Source of the DNA: Scenedesmus sp. PABB004
Lineage: Eukaryota
DNA length: 64,000 nt
Reading direction: 5' to 3'
Assembly (NCBI GenBank): GCA_014905635.1
Contig: JABVCE010000026.1
Location: 62,001-126,000, forward strand
Both the position numbers and the translations under genes were made by a program. Positions 34,401 to 46,325 of the stretch are shown here, in pieces; position 1 is the first letter of the stretch, and the number at the start of each line of letters is the position of its first letter. The notes under the pieces were generated by a model. It was given only the letters and a program-made list of their open reading frames with translations, had not been told where the DNA came from and searched no databases.

Positions 34401-37400
34401 ACGAGCTGGACTTTTACAAGGCCTGGCCCCTGGTGGCGCGCCTGCTGCCGCCCAGCCGGCTGCTGCCGGCGGTGGGCGCGAGCGGCGAGCCCGGCGTGGC
34501 GGCGGCGCGGACGGCGGCGCGCGGCGCGGGCGCCCACAGTGCGGCGGGCCTGCTCACCTCGCGCTGGGTGTCGCTGCTGCGCCACGGCGCGCTGGACGCG
34601 GCGCTGGCGCCCGAGGTGGCGGCGGGGCTGCTGTCGCTGCTGCGGATGGCGGCGGGCGCGCGCGAGGCGCAGGTGCGGGGCGCTGCCTACGACGGCCTGG
34701 CCGCCTGGCCGCTGTCGCTGTTGGCTGAGCTGGAGCTGCCCGCGGCGGCGGGCGACTACACGGCCCCGCTCGCGGTCGAGGCTGGCGCGCTGGCGGCGGC
34801 GCTGGTGCAGCCGGCGCCGCTGACGGGGGCCACGGAGCAGGCCGGCCCGGGCGTCGACGGCGCAGCGCGGCGTCGCCTCGCGCTCGCGGCCCACCGCCGC
34901 GCGATGGCGGGCGCGGAGGAGCTGGCGGGCGCGGCGCTGTGCCACGAGCACGCCAGCCGCCGTCAGTTCCTGGCCGCCGCCGCGGGCGCGCGGGGCGGGG
35001 CCGGCGGCGGCGGCGGCGGCGGTGGCGGTGGTGCCAGCGCCGCGGCGACTGAGCGCGAGGAGGCGGCGCTGCGGCACCGCCTCGCGCGCGTGCTGCCGCA
35101 GGCGCTCACCGCAGCGGCGCGCGGCGGCCGCGAGCCGGCCGCGCTCGCGGCCGACGGCGCCAGCCCGGGCGCGCTGCTGCTGCTGTGGCAGCCGCCCGGC
35201 GGCGAGCGCGGCGCGGCGCCGGCCGCGGCGTTTGAGGGCACGTTTGCTGACGTCAGCGCGCGCTGGGGCGGCGGCGCGGCGGGCGGCGCGCTGTGCGTAG
35301 CGCAGCCCGGCCTGGCCGCCGCTGCGTGGGAGTGCTTCATGCGGCGGTGCGTGTGTGTGTGGGGTGGGAGGGGAGGGGGGTTGCGGGGCGGCGGGGCACG
35401 GCGCGGCGCTCGACCTGCGCGCTGGGCGCAGCGCCAGCCACACCGCCTCCCCCCCCCGGGCCCCCGCGCGCAGGTGGCTGGCCGCGGCCGGGCGCGTGCC
35501 CGACCCGCTGCTGGCCCGCCTCCGCGCGTGCTGGGCGGGCGGCCTGCCAGCCCCCGCGGCCGCGGGGCTGGCGGGTGCCGCGGGCCTGGCGGCTGCCGGG
35601 GTCCTCGGCGAGGCGCAGCTGGAGGACCTGAGCGCCGAGCTGGTGGCGCTGGTCGCGGGGCGCAGCAGGCGCGTGGGCCGGGGCGAGGGGCCGCGCGGCT
35701 GCGGCGGAGTGGGTGCAGCGGCGCCGCCGCCACGTCTGCGCGGGCGCCCACTCGCCGCGCCGCGCCGCGCCGCGCCGCGCCCGCGCGCGCGCGCGCAGGT
35801 CGTCAGCGGTCGCGGCGGCCGCGGCCGCGAGCCTCGCGCGCCTGCTGCCCGCGCTGCACCCGGGCGACTGGCGCGCTAAGGAACGCGTCGTCGCTGCCCT
35901 GGCGGGGGCGCTGCTGGACGCGCCCGGCGCGGCGGGCGACACCGGCGCCCTGGCGGCGGCGGCGGCGGAGGGCCTCGCCGCCGCCGGGTGCGCGCTGCTC
36001 GCGCACGCGCACGACGAGGCGCTGTTCGCTGCCGGCGGCGGCGGCGGCCTCGCGGCCGACCGGAGCATCGCGCTGGGCGCGAGCTGCCTCGGCCTGCTGC
36101 TCAGCTGCCTGGCGGCCGCGTGGCGCGGCGGCGGCGGCGAGGACGTGCGCGCCTGTGTGCAGCGCGTGGTGGGGCAGCTGCCGGAGGAGCTGGCGCAGCT
36201 CGCGGCGCGCCATGACCTGGCGCTCACAGAGGTGCGGGCCTGGCGCCGCTGGCGCGCTGCCCCCCCCTCCCCTCCCTCCCTCCCTCCCTCCCCCCGCCTT
36301 CCCTCGCCTGCCACGCGCCCCGCACGCTGCCTGCAGGACCAGCTGTGCTGCGCCGAGCTCGCGTGCGCGGCCCTGCGCGGCAGCTGCTGCCTGATGGCGG
36401 CGCTGGCAGCCAGGACGGCGGCGGCTGCCGGCGCATCGAGCTCACCCGCTGCCGCGGCGGTCGCGGCGGCGGCGCGGGCGGCGTCGGCGACGCTGGCGGG
36501 CCACGTGCTGCAGCAGCTGCAGGATGTGGCTGCTCTCGCGTGCAGCGGCGGCGGCAGCAGCAGCGCGGGCAGCGGCGCCAGCGCCGCTGAAACCGCACGG
36601 CACGCGGCGATTGTGGCGGCGGCTCCCGCCGCGGCCGCGGCTGCCCTGGCTGCCAGCACCCTCGACGCGACGCAGCTGGCCGCGGCTGCAGCGGCGGCGG
36701 CGCGGCTCGCGCGGGCGGCGGCCGCGCCGGGCGAGGCGGGCGGCGCCCCGGGCGTGGACGGCCGGCTGGGCGCCGCGGCAGCGCTGTGCTGGAGCACGCT
36801 CGCCGCCATGCGGCTGAGCACGGGCAGCCTGCAGGAGCAGGAGCTGCCCGCCCTTGTGGCCTGGCTAGCGGCCGCAGCGGCGCCAGAGGCCGGCGCGCAG
36901 CAGCCGGCAGCCAAGGCGCCTGGTGCGACCGCGCTGCGCGGCGGCGCGGCCGCCGGCCTGGCGCTGCTGCTGGGGGCTGAGCTGGCGGCCGGCAGCTGCG
37001 GCGAGTGGACGGCTGGGCTCATGGCCGCCGCGGGCGGCGGCGGCAGCTCGTGGGGCCTGCTGGGTCCCGCGGGCAGCAACACGCTGCAGCGCCTGCAGCT
37101 GGCGCGCGGCTGCGTCAAAGCGCTGGAGGCGGCTGCAGGCCTGGGCGGCGGCGGCGCCGCCACCGGTGCCACCGCCGCGGCGACTGCGGGCTGGCTGCTG
37201 GCGGCCGTGTGCCAGGCCGGCCGCGCGGGGCACGGCGGCGGCCACGCGGGCGCCCCGGTGGCGCCGCGCGGCGGCGGCGCCGGCAGCGCCGCTCTGCCGC
37301 CGCTGGCCCTCTACCCCGCGGCCGGCGCGCTGCGCCCGCTGGCCGAGCGCGCGCTCGCGTTTGACCCCAGCGCGGCCCTCCACGCCGGCAGCGCGGGCGT

Positions 37401-38997
37401 CGCGGCGGCGCTGGAAGTGGCCGCGTGCGTGCGCTGCCTGGCCGCCGCGCCGCGGCTGCCCGCCGCGGACTGGGGAGGCCTCTGCCGCCGCCTCATCTCG
37501 GCCGCGGCCGCAGCGGGCGCGCGCGTCGGCGGCGGCGGCGGTGCGGACAGCGGCCTTGCCGCAGCCGCAGCTGCGGCGGCGCAGCAGCTGCAGGCCGCCG
37601 CGCTCGGCCTGCTGCTGGCGCACTGCCATGCGGCGGCGCTGGACCTCGCCGGCGTGCTGGACGCGTGCCTGAGCCCTGCCGGCTTCAGGCAGCTGGCTCC
37701 GCTGCAGCAGGGCGCGCTGCTCGCGGCGCTGGGCCCGGCGCTGGCGGCGCTGCCGGTCAACCGCGCGGCCGCGGTGCTGCAGGGCCTGCCCGGCCTGGTC
37801 GGGGGGCTGACGGGCGAGGGCGGCGGCCCCGCGCCCGCGCCGGGCAGCGGCGCGCTGCTGCTGGTGCTGTCAGCCTGGCGCGGCCTCGCGGAGGTGTGCC
37901 AGGCCGCTGCGGACCAGCGGCCGCCCATGGTCGCCGCGCACCGGCAGCTGCTGTCGGCGCTGCACGCGTGCGTGGCCGGGCTGGCCAGCCAGCTGCCGGC
38001 GCTGCGGCCGGGCGAGGCGTCACCCGGCCAGCTGCTGGCGCTGCGTGCGGCGCAGCCGGAGCAGGCGGCAGCGGCGCTGGAGCGCGCGGCGGAGGCGCAC
38101 CAGCACCAGCTCTGGGGCCCCCTCGACGGCGGTGGCGGCGGCGGCGGCGGCGGCAGCGATGCTGCCAGCGCCAGCCTGGGCCTGCTGGCGCCAGCCGGCG
38201 AGCCTCCGGCGGCTGCCGTGGGCGGCGCCGCGCTGCAGGTGTGGGGCGCCGCCCTGGGCTGCCTGCGGTTGCTGCACCCCGACCTGCTGCTCGGGCTGAC
38301 CGCGCCGCCGGGCGGAGCGGGCGCGTCGGGCGGCGGCGGCGGCCGCAGCGAGCTGCCGACGCTTGTGGGCGCGCTGCAGCTGCGCAGCATGCTGGTGCTG
38401 CTTGGCAAGCTGAGCTGGAAGTCGCTGGCCGAGGCCAGGCATGCCCTGCTGGGCATGCCCTCGGCGCTGGGCGGCCCGGCGGGCCCGGCCCAGCAGGTGC
38501 TGCTCCCGCTGGCGCTGGCCGCCGCGACCGCTCCCCAGGCGGGCGTCCTGCAGCAGCTGCAGGAGGCGGCCGCCGCGGCGGGCTTGGCTGCGTCGCCCGA
38601 CAACGCCGCTGCGCTCGCGGCGGCCACGCTTGCGGCGTGGCTGACGGCCGGCAGCGGCGGCGCCGCGCCCGGCGAGGACGCGCCGGACGGCTCCACAGCG
38701 GCGGCTGCCGCGACGGCGGTGGCCGCGTGCGCGGAGGCGCAGCTTGCGCTGGCGCACGCAGCGCTCGCCCTGGAGCAGCTGCCGGCGCTGCTGCCACAGC
38801 TGCTGTCCAGCCCGCGCCTGCTGGGCAGTCGGCCGGCATTCGCCGAGGCCGTCAGCAGGGCGCTGCTGGACGTGGCCGCGCAGCCGCGGCTGAGCGCGCG
38901 CGCGGCGGCCCGGCTGCGCGCAGCAGTGGCGGCGGTGCGCGAGCTGCTGCCGGCCGCGGGGAGCTGCTGGCCCGAGCTGCTGCTGGCCGCCGCGTGA
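31465..38997 (+). CDS. RST1: RST1/focadhesin-like ARM-repeat protein (multi-exon)
   Basis: N-terminus SPLFRRQAAFGVF..QDAVLACLCS..|DVVEEGVVQLL and LDALLERDELDFYKAW resemble plant RST1 as I recall it; LPAADWGGLCRR; very long Leu/Ala helical ORFs. Confidence 0.75.
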
Positions 38998-39668
38998 GCG
39001 AGCGAGCCGCGGCGCCGAGTAAACCGTGAGGCAGTGTTCGTTGCCACGCGCGCGACACACGCTCGCGCAACCAGCCACGCACCCGTCACACACACACACA
39101 CTCGGACACTGACCCCGCCCCGAAAGAATGTTGAGCATGCAAAGGTAACGACGAGGCAAGGCTCTGGTGCTTGTACGCACACGCAGGTGGCAGCCTGGCA
39201 CCGGAGGTGCGGAGAGGCTCATCGCCGCCCGGAAAAGACCAATCTCTAGCCCCGGCGCTCATCCGAGTTCCGGGGTGCACCAAGGGCGGGCGACTGATTG
39301 AAGCCTGCACCACGCCGCTCGGCGGCGCCCCTCGATTCCAGCCCCCGTTCGATTCCCGGCCCGTTAATTCCCGGCACCCAGTGCGCTCGCTCGCGGAGAA
39401 GGCAGCGCGCGCAGGGGCGGCACGTGCCGCGACCGCGCGCTAGACCCTGCGCCGGCCCGGCCTCTCGGCAGTTTTGGCCGATGTGAGCCCGGCGTGCGCG
39501 AGGCATGCCCGCACATGCGCTGCAGGCAAGTGATCATCTCACGGCAGTGATTTGAAAGCTCAGGCAATGGTCCGGACCAAGAGAGGACGCCGCATGCTGT
39601 GCGGCGGAAGGAATTCACTGCAATCCCTGACCACCAGCGGCGCTACGCGCGACCGCGGCCCGCGCGCC

Positions 39669-41087
39669 TCACGCCGCCAGGCCCGCCGCGAGCGCGCACG
39701 CCTGGGCGGCATCCATGAGCGGCTCGTCGACGGCGTCGTCGTCCAGCAGCCAGTCCAACACGTCGTCCCAGGCCGACCGCGGGCACGCGGCCAGCGCGGG
39801 GCCCGCGCCCGGCGCCGCGCCGGCCGGCGGCGCGGCGGGTGGCGCGAGCTGCGCCTCGTGCTCGGGCAGCAGCCTGGGCAGCTGCAGCTGCTGCGGCTGC
39901 TGCGGCTGCTGCGGCTGCAGCTCCCACCGCTGCTTGTAGCTCGACAGCAACGGCTCTGCGCAGCACGGGCCCAGGCCGCAGGCGGTGGAGCCACCCGGCG
40001 ACAGCAGGTCGGGGGCCTCGTTGAAGAAGCAGGCTGACACACCGCTGTCAACGCTGCCGCTGCGCGCCTGGGACAACTGCTGGTGGCCACTGCTGCAGGG
40101 CTCCGACTGCTGCGGCAGGGACGGCGGGGCGACGCCGTGCCAGGCGGCACGGGCCGCCAGCTGCGGCGGCGACGCCGGGGCCTGCCGCCACGCCACGTCC
40201 GCGCTGGTGGCGGTCCAGACGTCGCTGAACAGCTGCGCCGCGGCACTCTCCGAGGCGCACCAGGCGCCCTGAGCCGCTGTCGCGTGGCTGCTGACCGACG
40301 CGCTGGAGCGGCGGCCGTCGCCGCTGCACACCGTCAGGGCGCCGTCAGCGCTGCTGGCGGTGGCGTTGCTGCAGGTGCTGTGGCTGCCCTGCCGCGCGCC
40401 GGCGGCGGCGCGGCGCGCGCCGAGGGCGCCCTGCAGGCTGAGCTGCTCGGCCTCCGACTGCTGCACCGCCGCCTCCCTGCGCCGCTCGCGGCGCGCCACG
40501 TTGTGGGCTGCCAGCTGCTCCCGGCAGCTCCTGCGGGCGGGGGCGGGGGCGGGGGCGTGACCTGGGGCTGGCGAGCGGCGCTGCCGCTGCAGCGACGGCG
40601 CCGTGCCGGCCGCTGAGCGGCGGGGCAGGCGCTTGGCACGCCGCGCGCGGCCGCACCGCTTGGTGCCGTCAAACGCGTCCAGTGCCTCAAAGCGCCCGCA
40701 CTTCTGGCAGAAGCGGACGCGGCTGCCATGCAGCTCGACGCAGGGCGCGGTGAGGTGGACCTGGCACACCCGGTAGCGCAGGCAGTAGGCCTTGCTCAGG
40801 CGCGCGGTGCAGCCCTCCACCTGTGCGGCCGCGGCGGCGGCGGCGGCGGTCAGCGCGTGCGCCGCTGGGCCGGTGCGCCAGCAGCACTGAGGTTGACAGT
40901 CTGCGAGAGCTCCGGGACGCCCGGGGCAGCGGCCCGGCGCCTTTTGCGGTCAGTGTCACCCGCTGCCGCAACCGAGTGACGAACGCGCCCCGGCCAGCCT
41001 GCCAGCGCCGGGCGCCCCGCTGCCGCCCACCTGGCAGTAGGACCTGCCACGGCTCTTACTCTGCCTCGGGGCGCAGAGCGGCGCCAT
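39669..41087 (-). CDS. SBP-box (SQUAMOSA promoter-binding) transcription factor, copy A (3 exons)
   Basis: MAPLCAPRQSKSRGRSYCQ|VEGCTARLSKAYCLRYRVCQVH..RFCQKCGRFEALDAFDGTKR|SCREQLAAHNVARRERRR. Confidence 0.92.
40391..41052. repeat. Left arm of ~660-bp inverted repeat (partner 42077-42739)
   Basis: Its reverse complement matches the right arm almost exactly; the differences I could see are a few at the start of intron 1. Confidence 0.95.
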
Positions 41088-41110
41088 TTCTTGGGCGAAG
41101 GGTTTGCAAG

Positions 41111-41482
41111 GCCTGCCGCGTCGCGCCCCGCGCTCGGCAGCAGGCCGCTTGGCGCGGGGCGGCTGCGTCGAGGCTCTGGCGCGACCGTGCGCCGGCGCGC
41201 TGGTCGGCCGCCGACCCGCGCGGCGACCTGCCGGCCTGGCGATGCTCAGCTGCCGCCGACCTGCCCGACCGCCCGGCCTGGCCTGCCCGCCGCGCGGGGC
41301 TGCTCGGAGGTCCTGGAAGCTGTGGGGAGTGCGGGGAGCGCCGGAGCGGCGGCCGCAACGCACGCGCGGCGGCAGGAGCGCGCGCCTCAGGGCCTGGCGG
41401 CGTGACGCGCAGGCCTGGCGGTCCCAACGCACGAGGCACCGCTGCGCGACCGGCGGCGCGACGCATGGGATAACATGAGAGC
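41111..41482. repeat. ~370-bp segment repeated in inverted orientation at 47789-48162
   Basis: For example gcaggcctggcggtcccaacgcacgaggcaccgctgcgcg matches cgcgcagcggtgcctcgtgcgttgggaccgccaggcctgc; scattered substitutions. Confidence 0.93.
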
Positions 41483-42026
41483 TGTTCCGTGCATCCTGGC
41501 GGTACGGACGGCCGCTGCAGGGTCCGTGGTGGCGAGCGCACGCGGCGCGCGCCGTACTGCACTTGGCGCCGCGGCGGCCGCCGCCGAGCGCCAGACTCTG
41601 CTGCAGCGCGCGGTGTTGGGCTGGGATGGCAACCTCACGCTCAGGAACGCATACGCGTGGTGCGCGCTGGCTGCCGCCCGGCACGCCGCCAGTCGGCTGC
41701 GCAGCGAACAGCGCGATGTGCTGCTGCGCGGCCGCCGCGGCGCTGAGGCGGATCCAGACCGCGCGGGCCGGCGGGAGTGATTCATGGGCGTTCAACATGA
41801 GCTTTGGTGGCTGCGGTCCGCTCCGTTTCCACAGCGCAGGCCACGAAGGTCGGGATGGCCGGGATGGCATGCCGGGGAAGGTTGGGACCGCCGCCTGCCG
41901 CTCGCGGCACCGCGCGAGGGCGCGCCCGGGGCGAGAGCCAGTCCTTTCTTCCTTCCTTGTCGCAGCTGCTCCACCATTCCGCATGGCCACGGCTCGCCAG
42001 GCCCGGCCGCGATAGCGCGCCGCGGG

Positions 42027-43498
42027 ATGGAGCTGGGCTCTCCGCCCGTGCCCGACGGCGGTGCGGGCCCCCAGCGCCGTGGCAGGTCCTACTGCCAGGT
42101 GGGCGGCAGCGCGGGCGCCCGGCGCGGCGAGCCTGGCCGGAGCGCGTTCGTCACTCGGTTGCGGCAGCGGGTGACACTGACCGCAAAAGGCGCCGGGCCG
42201 CTGCCCCGGGCGTCCCGGAGCTCTCGCAGACTGTCAACCTCAGTGCTGCTGGCGCACCGGCCCAGCGGCGCACGCGCTGACCGCCGCCGCCGCCGCCGCG
42301 GCCGCACAGGTGGAGGGCTGCACCGCGCGCCTGAGCAAGGCCTACTGCCTGCGCTACCGGGTGTGCCAGGTCCACCTCACCGCGCCCTGCGTCGAGCTGC
42401 ATGGCAGCCGCGTCCGCTTCTGCCAGAAGTGCGGGCGCTTTGAGGCACTGGACGCGTTTGACGGCACCAAGCGGTGCGGCCGCGCGCGGCGTGCCAAGCG
42501 CCTGCCCCGCCGCTCAGCGGCCGGCACGGCGCCGTCGCTGCAGCGGCAGCGCCGCTCGCCAGCCCCAGGTCACGCCCCCGCCCCCGCCCCCGCCCGCAGG
42601 AGCTGCCGGGAGCAGCTGGCAGCCCACAACGTGGCGCGCCGCGAGCGGCGCAGGGAGGCGGCGGTGCAGCAGTCGGAGGCCGAGCAGCTCAGCCTGCAGG
42701 GCGCCCTCGGCGCGCGCCGCGCCGCCGCCGGCGCGCGGCTGGCCGTCGCGCAGCTGGCGGCTAGCACCAGCAGCAGCAGCGACGGCGACGCCTGCCCCAC
42801 TGGCGGCGGCACCGCGAGCGGCAGCGTCACGTGCACCACCAGCAGCGCCAACTGCACGCCGCCCACGTCCTTCATCACGGGCGCCCAGCAGCTCGCGCCC
42901 AGCACGAGCTTCGAGGCGCTGAGCGGCCAGCTGGCCGCGAGCGTGCAGCAGGCGCACCACCTCGCGAGCAGCCCGCTGCCCGGCGGCGGCGCTGCGCCGG
43001 CGGGCGCGCCGCAGCCCAGCGAAGGCAGCGTCGCTGGCTTCAGCGACGTGTGGTCCACCTGCAGCGCAGCGCTGCCCATGGACCCACAGCCCTCTGTGCC
43101 GGCAGCGGCGCAGCGGCAGGCGGGCGGCGCGCTGGCGGCCCCGGTCAGCCTCGAGGGCGTGCAGGCGGCCGCAGCGCGCCTGGCCATGGTCTCGCTGGAG
43201 CAGCGCCGGCGGCAGCAGCAGGTGCAGCTGGGACGGCAGCAGCTGCTGCGCCAGCCGGTGGCGCCCCAGCCGCTGCACGCGGGGCAGACGCAGAGCTCCA
43301 GCTCGGCCCGCCAGCAGCACGGGCACGCCGACAGCCTGCTGCTGCAGTATCAGCAGCGCAGGCTTCAGCAGCAACAGACGCGGCAGGAGTGGGCGCACCT
43401 CGCCGCGCTGCTGCACGCACCGGCAGAGCCGCCGCAGCCGCTGGCGGTCGCCGCGGCAGCGGGACGCTCGGCAGCTGGTGGCTGGGGGCCGGCGCTGC

Positions 43499-43530
<32 letters not shown>

Positions 43531-43881
43531 CAGCACGGCAGCCTGGTCGCTGGCATGGCGGCGGGGCCGCCGCGGTGGCAGCAGCTCGCGCCCCTGCTGG
43601 CGCCGCTGCTCGGGCAGCCGCCGCCGGCACCGGGCCTTCAGCAACAGCGCAGCGCCCCGCCTGCCGGCGCCGCGCACAGCACGCCGTTTGGCGGCGACGC
43701 GCTGCGCGCGCTGCCGCTCACCAGCAGCGTGCCGGCGCTCGCCATGGGCCTGCCAGGCGGCGCCGGTGCGCCGCCAGCGCACAGCGAGCTGGAGGCGCTG
43801 CTGCTGGAGGCGGCGCTGGACACGTGCGGGGACGGGCTGGCCCTCGACGACCTGCTGGCGGGCCTGGAGCGCGGCGGCTGA
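42027..43881 (+). CDS. SBP-box transcription factor, copy B (3 exons)
   Basis: MELGSPPVPDGGAGPQRRGRSYCQ|VEGC.. with an SBP domain identical to copy A, then a distinct Ser/Gln/Pro-rich tail. Confidence 0.92.
42077..42739. repeat. Right arm of ~660-bp inverted repeat
   Basis: Reverse complement of 40391-41052. Confidence 0.95.
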
Positions 43882-44548
43882 GCCCGCGCACTCACGGCGC
43901 GGCCCTGGCAGCGGACCCCTCCCCTCCTTTGACTAAGGCTTGCCCTTTATTCATCGCTGAACTCTCTCACTCTCTTTCCATCTCTTGACCACGCGCACGG
44001 CTGGAAATGGCGCGATTCATGCCGTGCTGCAGCGCCAGCGCTGGTGGCACGGCCCTGCCCGGCTGGGAGCAGGACTGCCAATAACTGGCACCCCGCGCCG
44101 GCCTGAACATCAGGCCGCGCACGCGCCGCCATTGCTTGAGGGCACAGACTGATGAGCCGTGAGCACTGCTGTGAGCACAGTTGAACTGCGGCATGTGCGC
44201 CAGCGGGACCGCATGGCGCGCTGCGACGTGCGCGCCGCAGGCGGCGCCCCCTCCGCTTTGCACGCACGCAGCGAGCTGCGTGTGCGGCAGCCTGGCGTGC
44301 GCTGCCCTCGCACGCTGCGCTGGCAAGGCGCGCGCTGCCGGCGCTGGTGATCCGTCGCTGAGTTCCAACTGAAGTGTGCGCGCAGTACTACATCAACCCA
44401 TGGTTGTGGCAGTTTGTTGGTTGAGCCCGGCCTGCGCGGGGACGGAACTGCGTGGTTGTAACCGATCGGTCGCGACACACGCGAGCCGGCGACGGCGCCC
44501 GTGCGCCGCCGCACCCTGGCACACCCCGTCGACGGGGTGGCAGTGACG

Positions 44549-46266
44549 TCACTGCCGCCGCGCGCCGCCCTTCTTGGCGGCGGCGCCCGCACCCTTCTTG
44601 ACGGCGGCGCCCGCACCCTTCTTGCCCCCCTTGCCCGCTGCCTTCTTGGCCTCCGCCGCGCGGCGCTTGCGCCAGACCTTGAAGGCGTTCTGGATGGCGT
44701 ACGCCGCCGCCTCGCGGCGCAGCGCCCGCAGCTCCGCGCGCCGCCGCGCCTCAGCCGCGGCGCGCGCCGCCTCCTCGTGCGCCAGCCGGTCGCTGCGCAG
44801 CGCGTCGGCCTCCGCCACAGCGCTCTGGACGGAGCGCGGGGAGGGGGCGGGTGGGCGCCACTGCCGACGCCCGGCGGCGGCGCCACAGCCCGCGCGGCCG
44901 GGCGCCGCGCGAGCGGCTCACCCGTATCGCCTCCTGCAGCTCCTCGTACGCCGCGGCTGCCTGCTCGTACTCCCGCTGCCGCGCGCCCAGCTCGGCGTCG
45001 TACTCGCCTGCGGGCAGCAGGGCGCGTTGGCACGCGAGCGGTGGCTGCAGGGCCTCGCGCGCGGGCGGGAGGCCCGGCGCGGTGCCGCAGACACCCCCCC
45101 CCCCCCCCGCCTTCCACAGCGCAGCCCACCGATGGCCGCCTCGCAGTCCTGCTGCGCGCGCTTGCGCGCCTTGCGCGCCGCGGCGGCGGCCTCGCGGTTG
45201 TCGGCGCGCAGCGTGCCCAGCTCGGCGTGCGCTTCCTGGAGCTGCACATGCGTGCAGCCAGAGGGTGCGCGCAGCGGGCGCGCGCGGCCTCGCCGAGGCC
45301 GCTGGCAGGCCGGGCCGCCAGCCAGCTGCAGCGCGCCCTCCCGCCCTCCCGGCCGGCCCACCTGCTGTGCCAGCGCTGCCTGCTCGTTGCCAAAGCCCGC
45401 CTCGTCGCCCGCCCTGGCCGCCGCCGCCTCGCCCTCTGCCGCTGCCTTGGCCGACGCGGCGCCCGCGCGCAGCTCCGCCAGCTCCGCCGCCGCTGCGTCC
45501 TGGGCCGCCTGCGCGGCGGCGCGGCGCGCCGGGCCGCCAGCGGGTGACCCGTGCGCCTGCACGCGGCGCGCACGGGCGCCTGCAGGGCGGCCGCCCACCT
45601 GCAGCGCGCTGGTCTGCTGGGACGTGTCGAGGCGCTGCAGCCGTAGCCTGTGCTCCAGCTGCTGCCGCTCTGCGCCCGCGCGCTCCCGCCGCTCCGCCAG
45701 CGCCGCCATGTGCTCGCGCGTGCTCGCGTCCTCCTCGACGCTGCTGCCCAGGCGCTGCGCGGCCTGGGCCGCGTGCTGCCGGGCCCGCGGGCCGGCCGGC
45801 GCGCGGGCGGCGGGTGCGCGGTGGGCCGGCGCGGCACGTGCCGGACGGCGGCTGGGCGCGGCTGGCGGGGCCCTGCCACTGGCGGCCGGCCGCGCGCACC
45901 CGCTCAAAGAAGGCCACCAGCTGCAGCGCCGCCGGCGCCCGCTCGCACTGCAGACCCAGCAGCGCCTCCTCCACGCCCGGCGACTTCTGCGGCCGGGCCG
46001 GCGGTGGGCGCCGCGCGCGCGCGTGCTGCGCGGCGCACGGCGCCGCCCCAGCGCCGCGCCCGCATGGCCGGCCCATGGGCGGGCGTGCAGCGCTGCGCCC
46101 CCAGCGCAGCCGCTGCAGTGCGGCGCGTGGGCGGGCGCGCCTTGAGCGCGCGCAGCAGCTCGCCGGTCGTGCGCAGCAGCTCATGCGGCCTGAAGCCCGG
46201 CGGCAGCTCCGCCAGCGCCGCAGCGTGCTGCTGCAGCGCGCCACACACATCCTGGCGCGGCGCGGT

Positions 46267-46325
<59 letters not shown>

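Noticed and set aside
39340..39365. tRNA T-loop/B-box-like GTTCGATTCCCGG
   Set aside because: The upstream bases are CCCCC, so no T-stem can form, and there is no cloverleaf.
41502..41557. Two GTAC cores in the SBP spacer, suggesting autoregulation
   Set aside because: About two per kb are expected by chance at this base composition.
40391..42739. Inverted repeat as transposon terminal repeats or a miRNA hairpin
   Set aside because: The arms are exons and introns of SBP genes, and there is no transposase or target-site duplication. Divergent transcripts from the spacer carry the same sense, so they would not pair without read-through.
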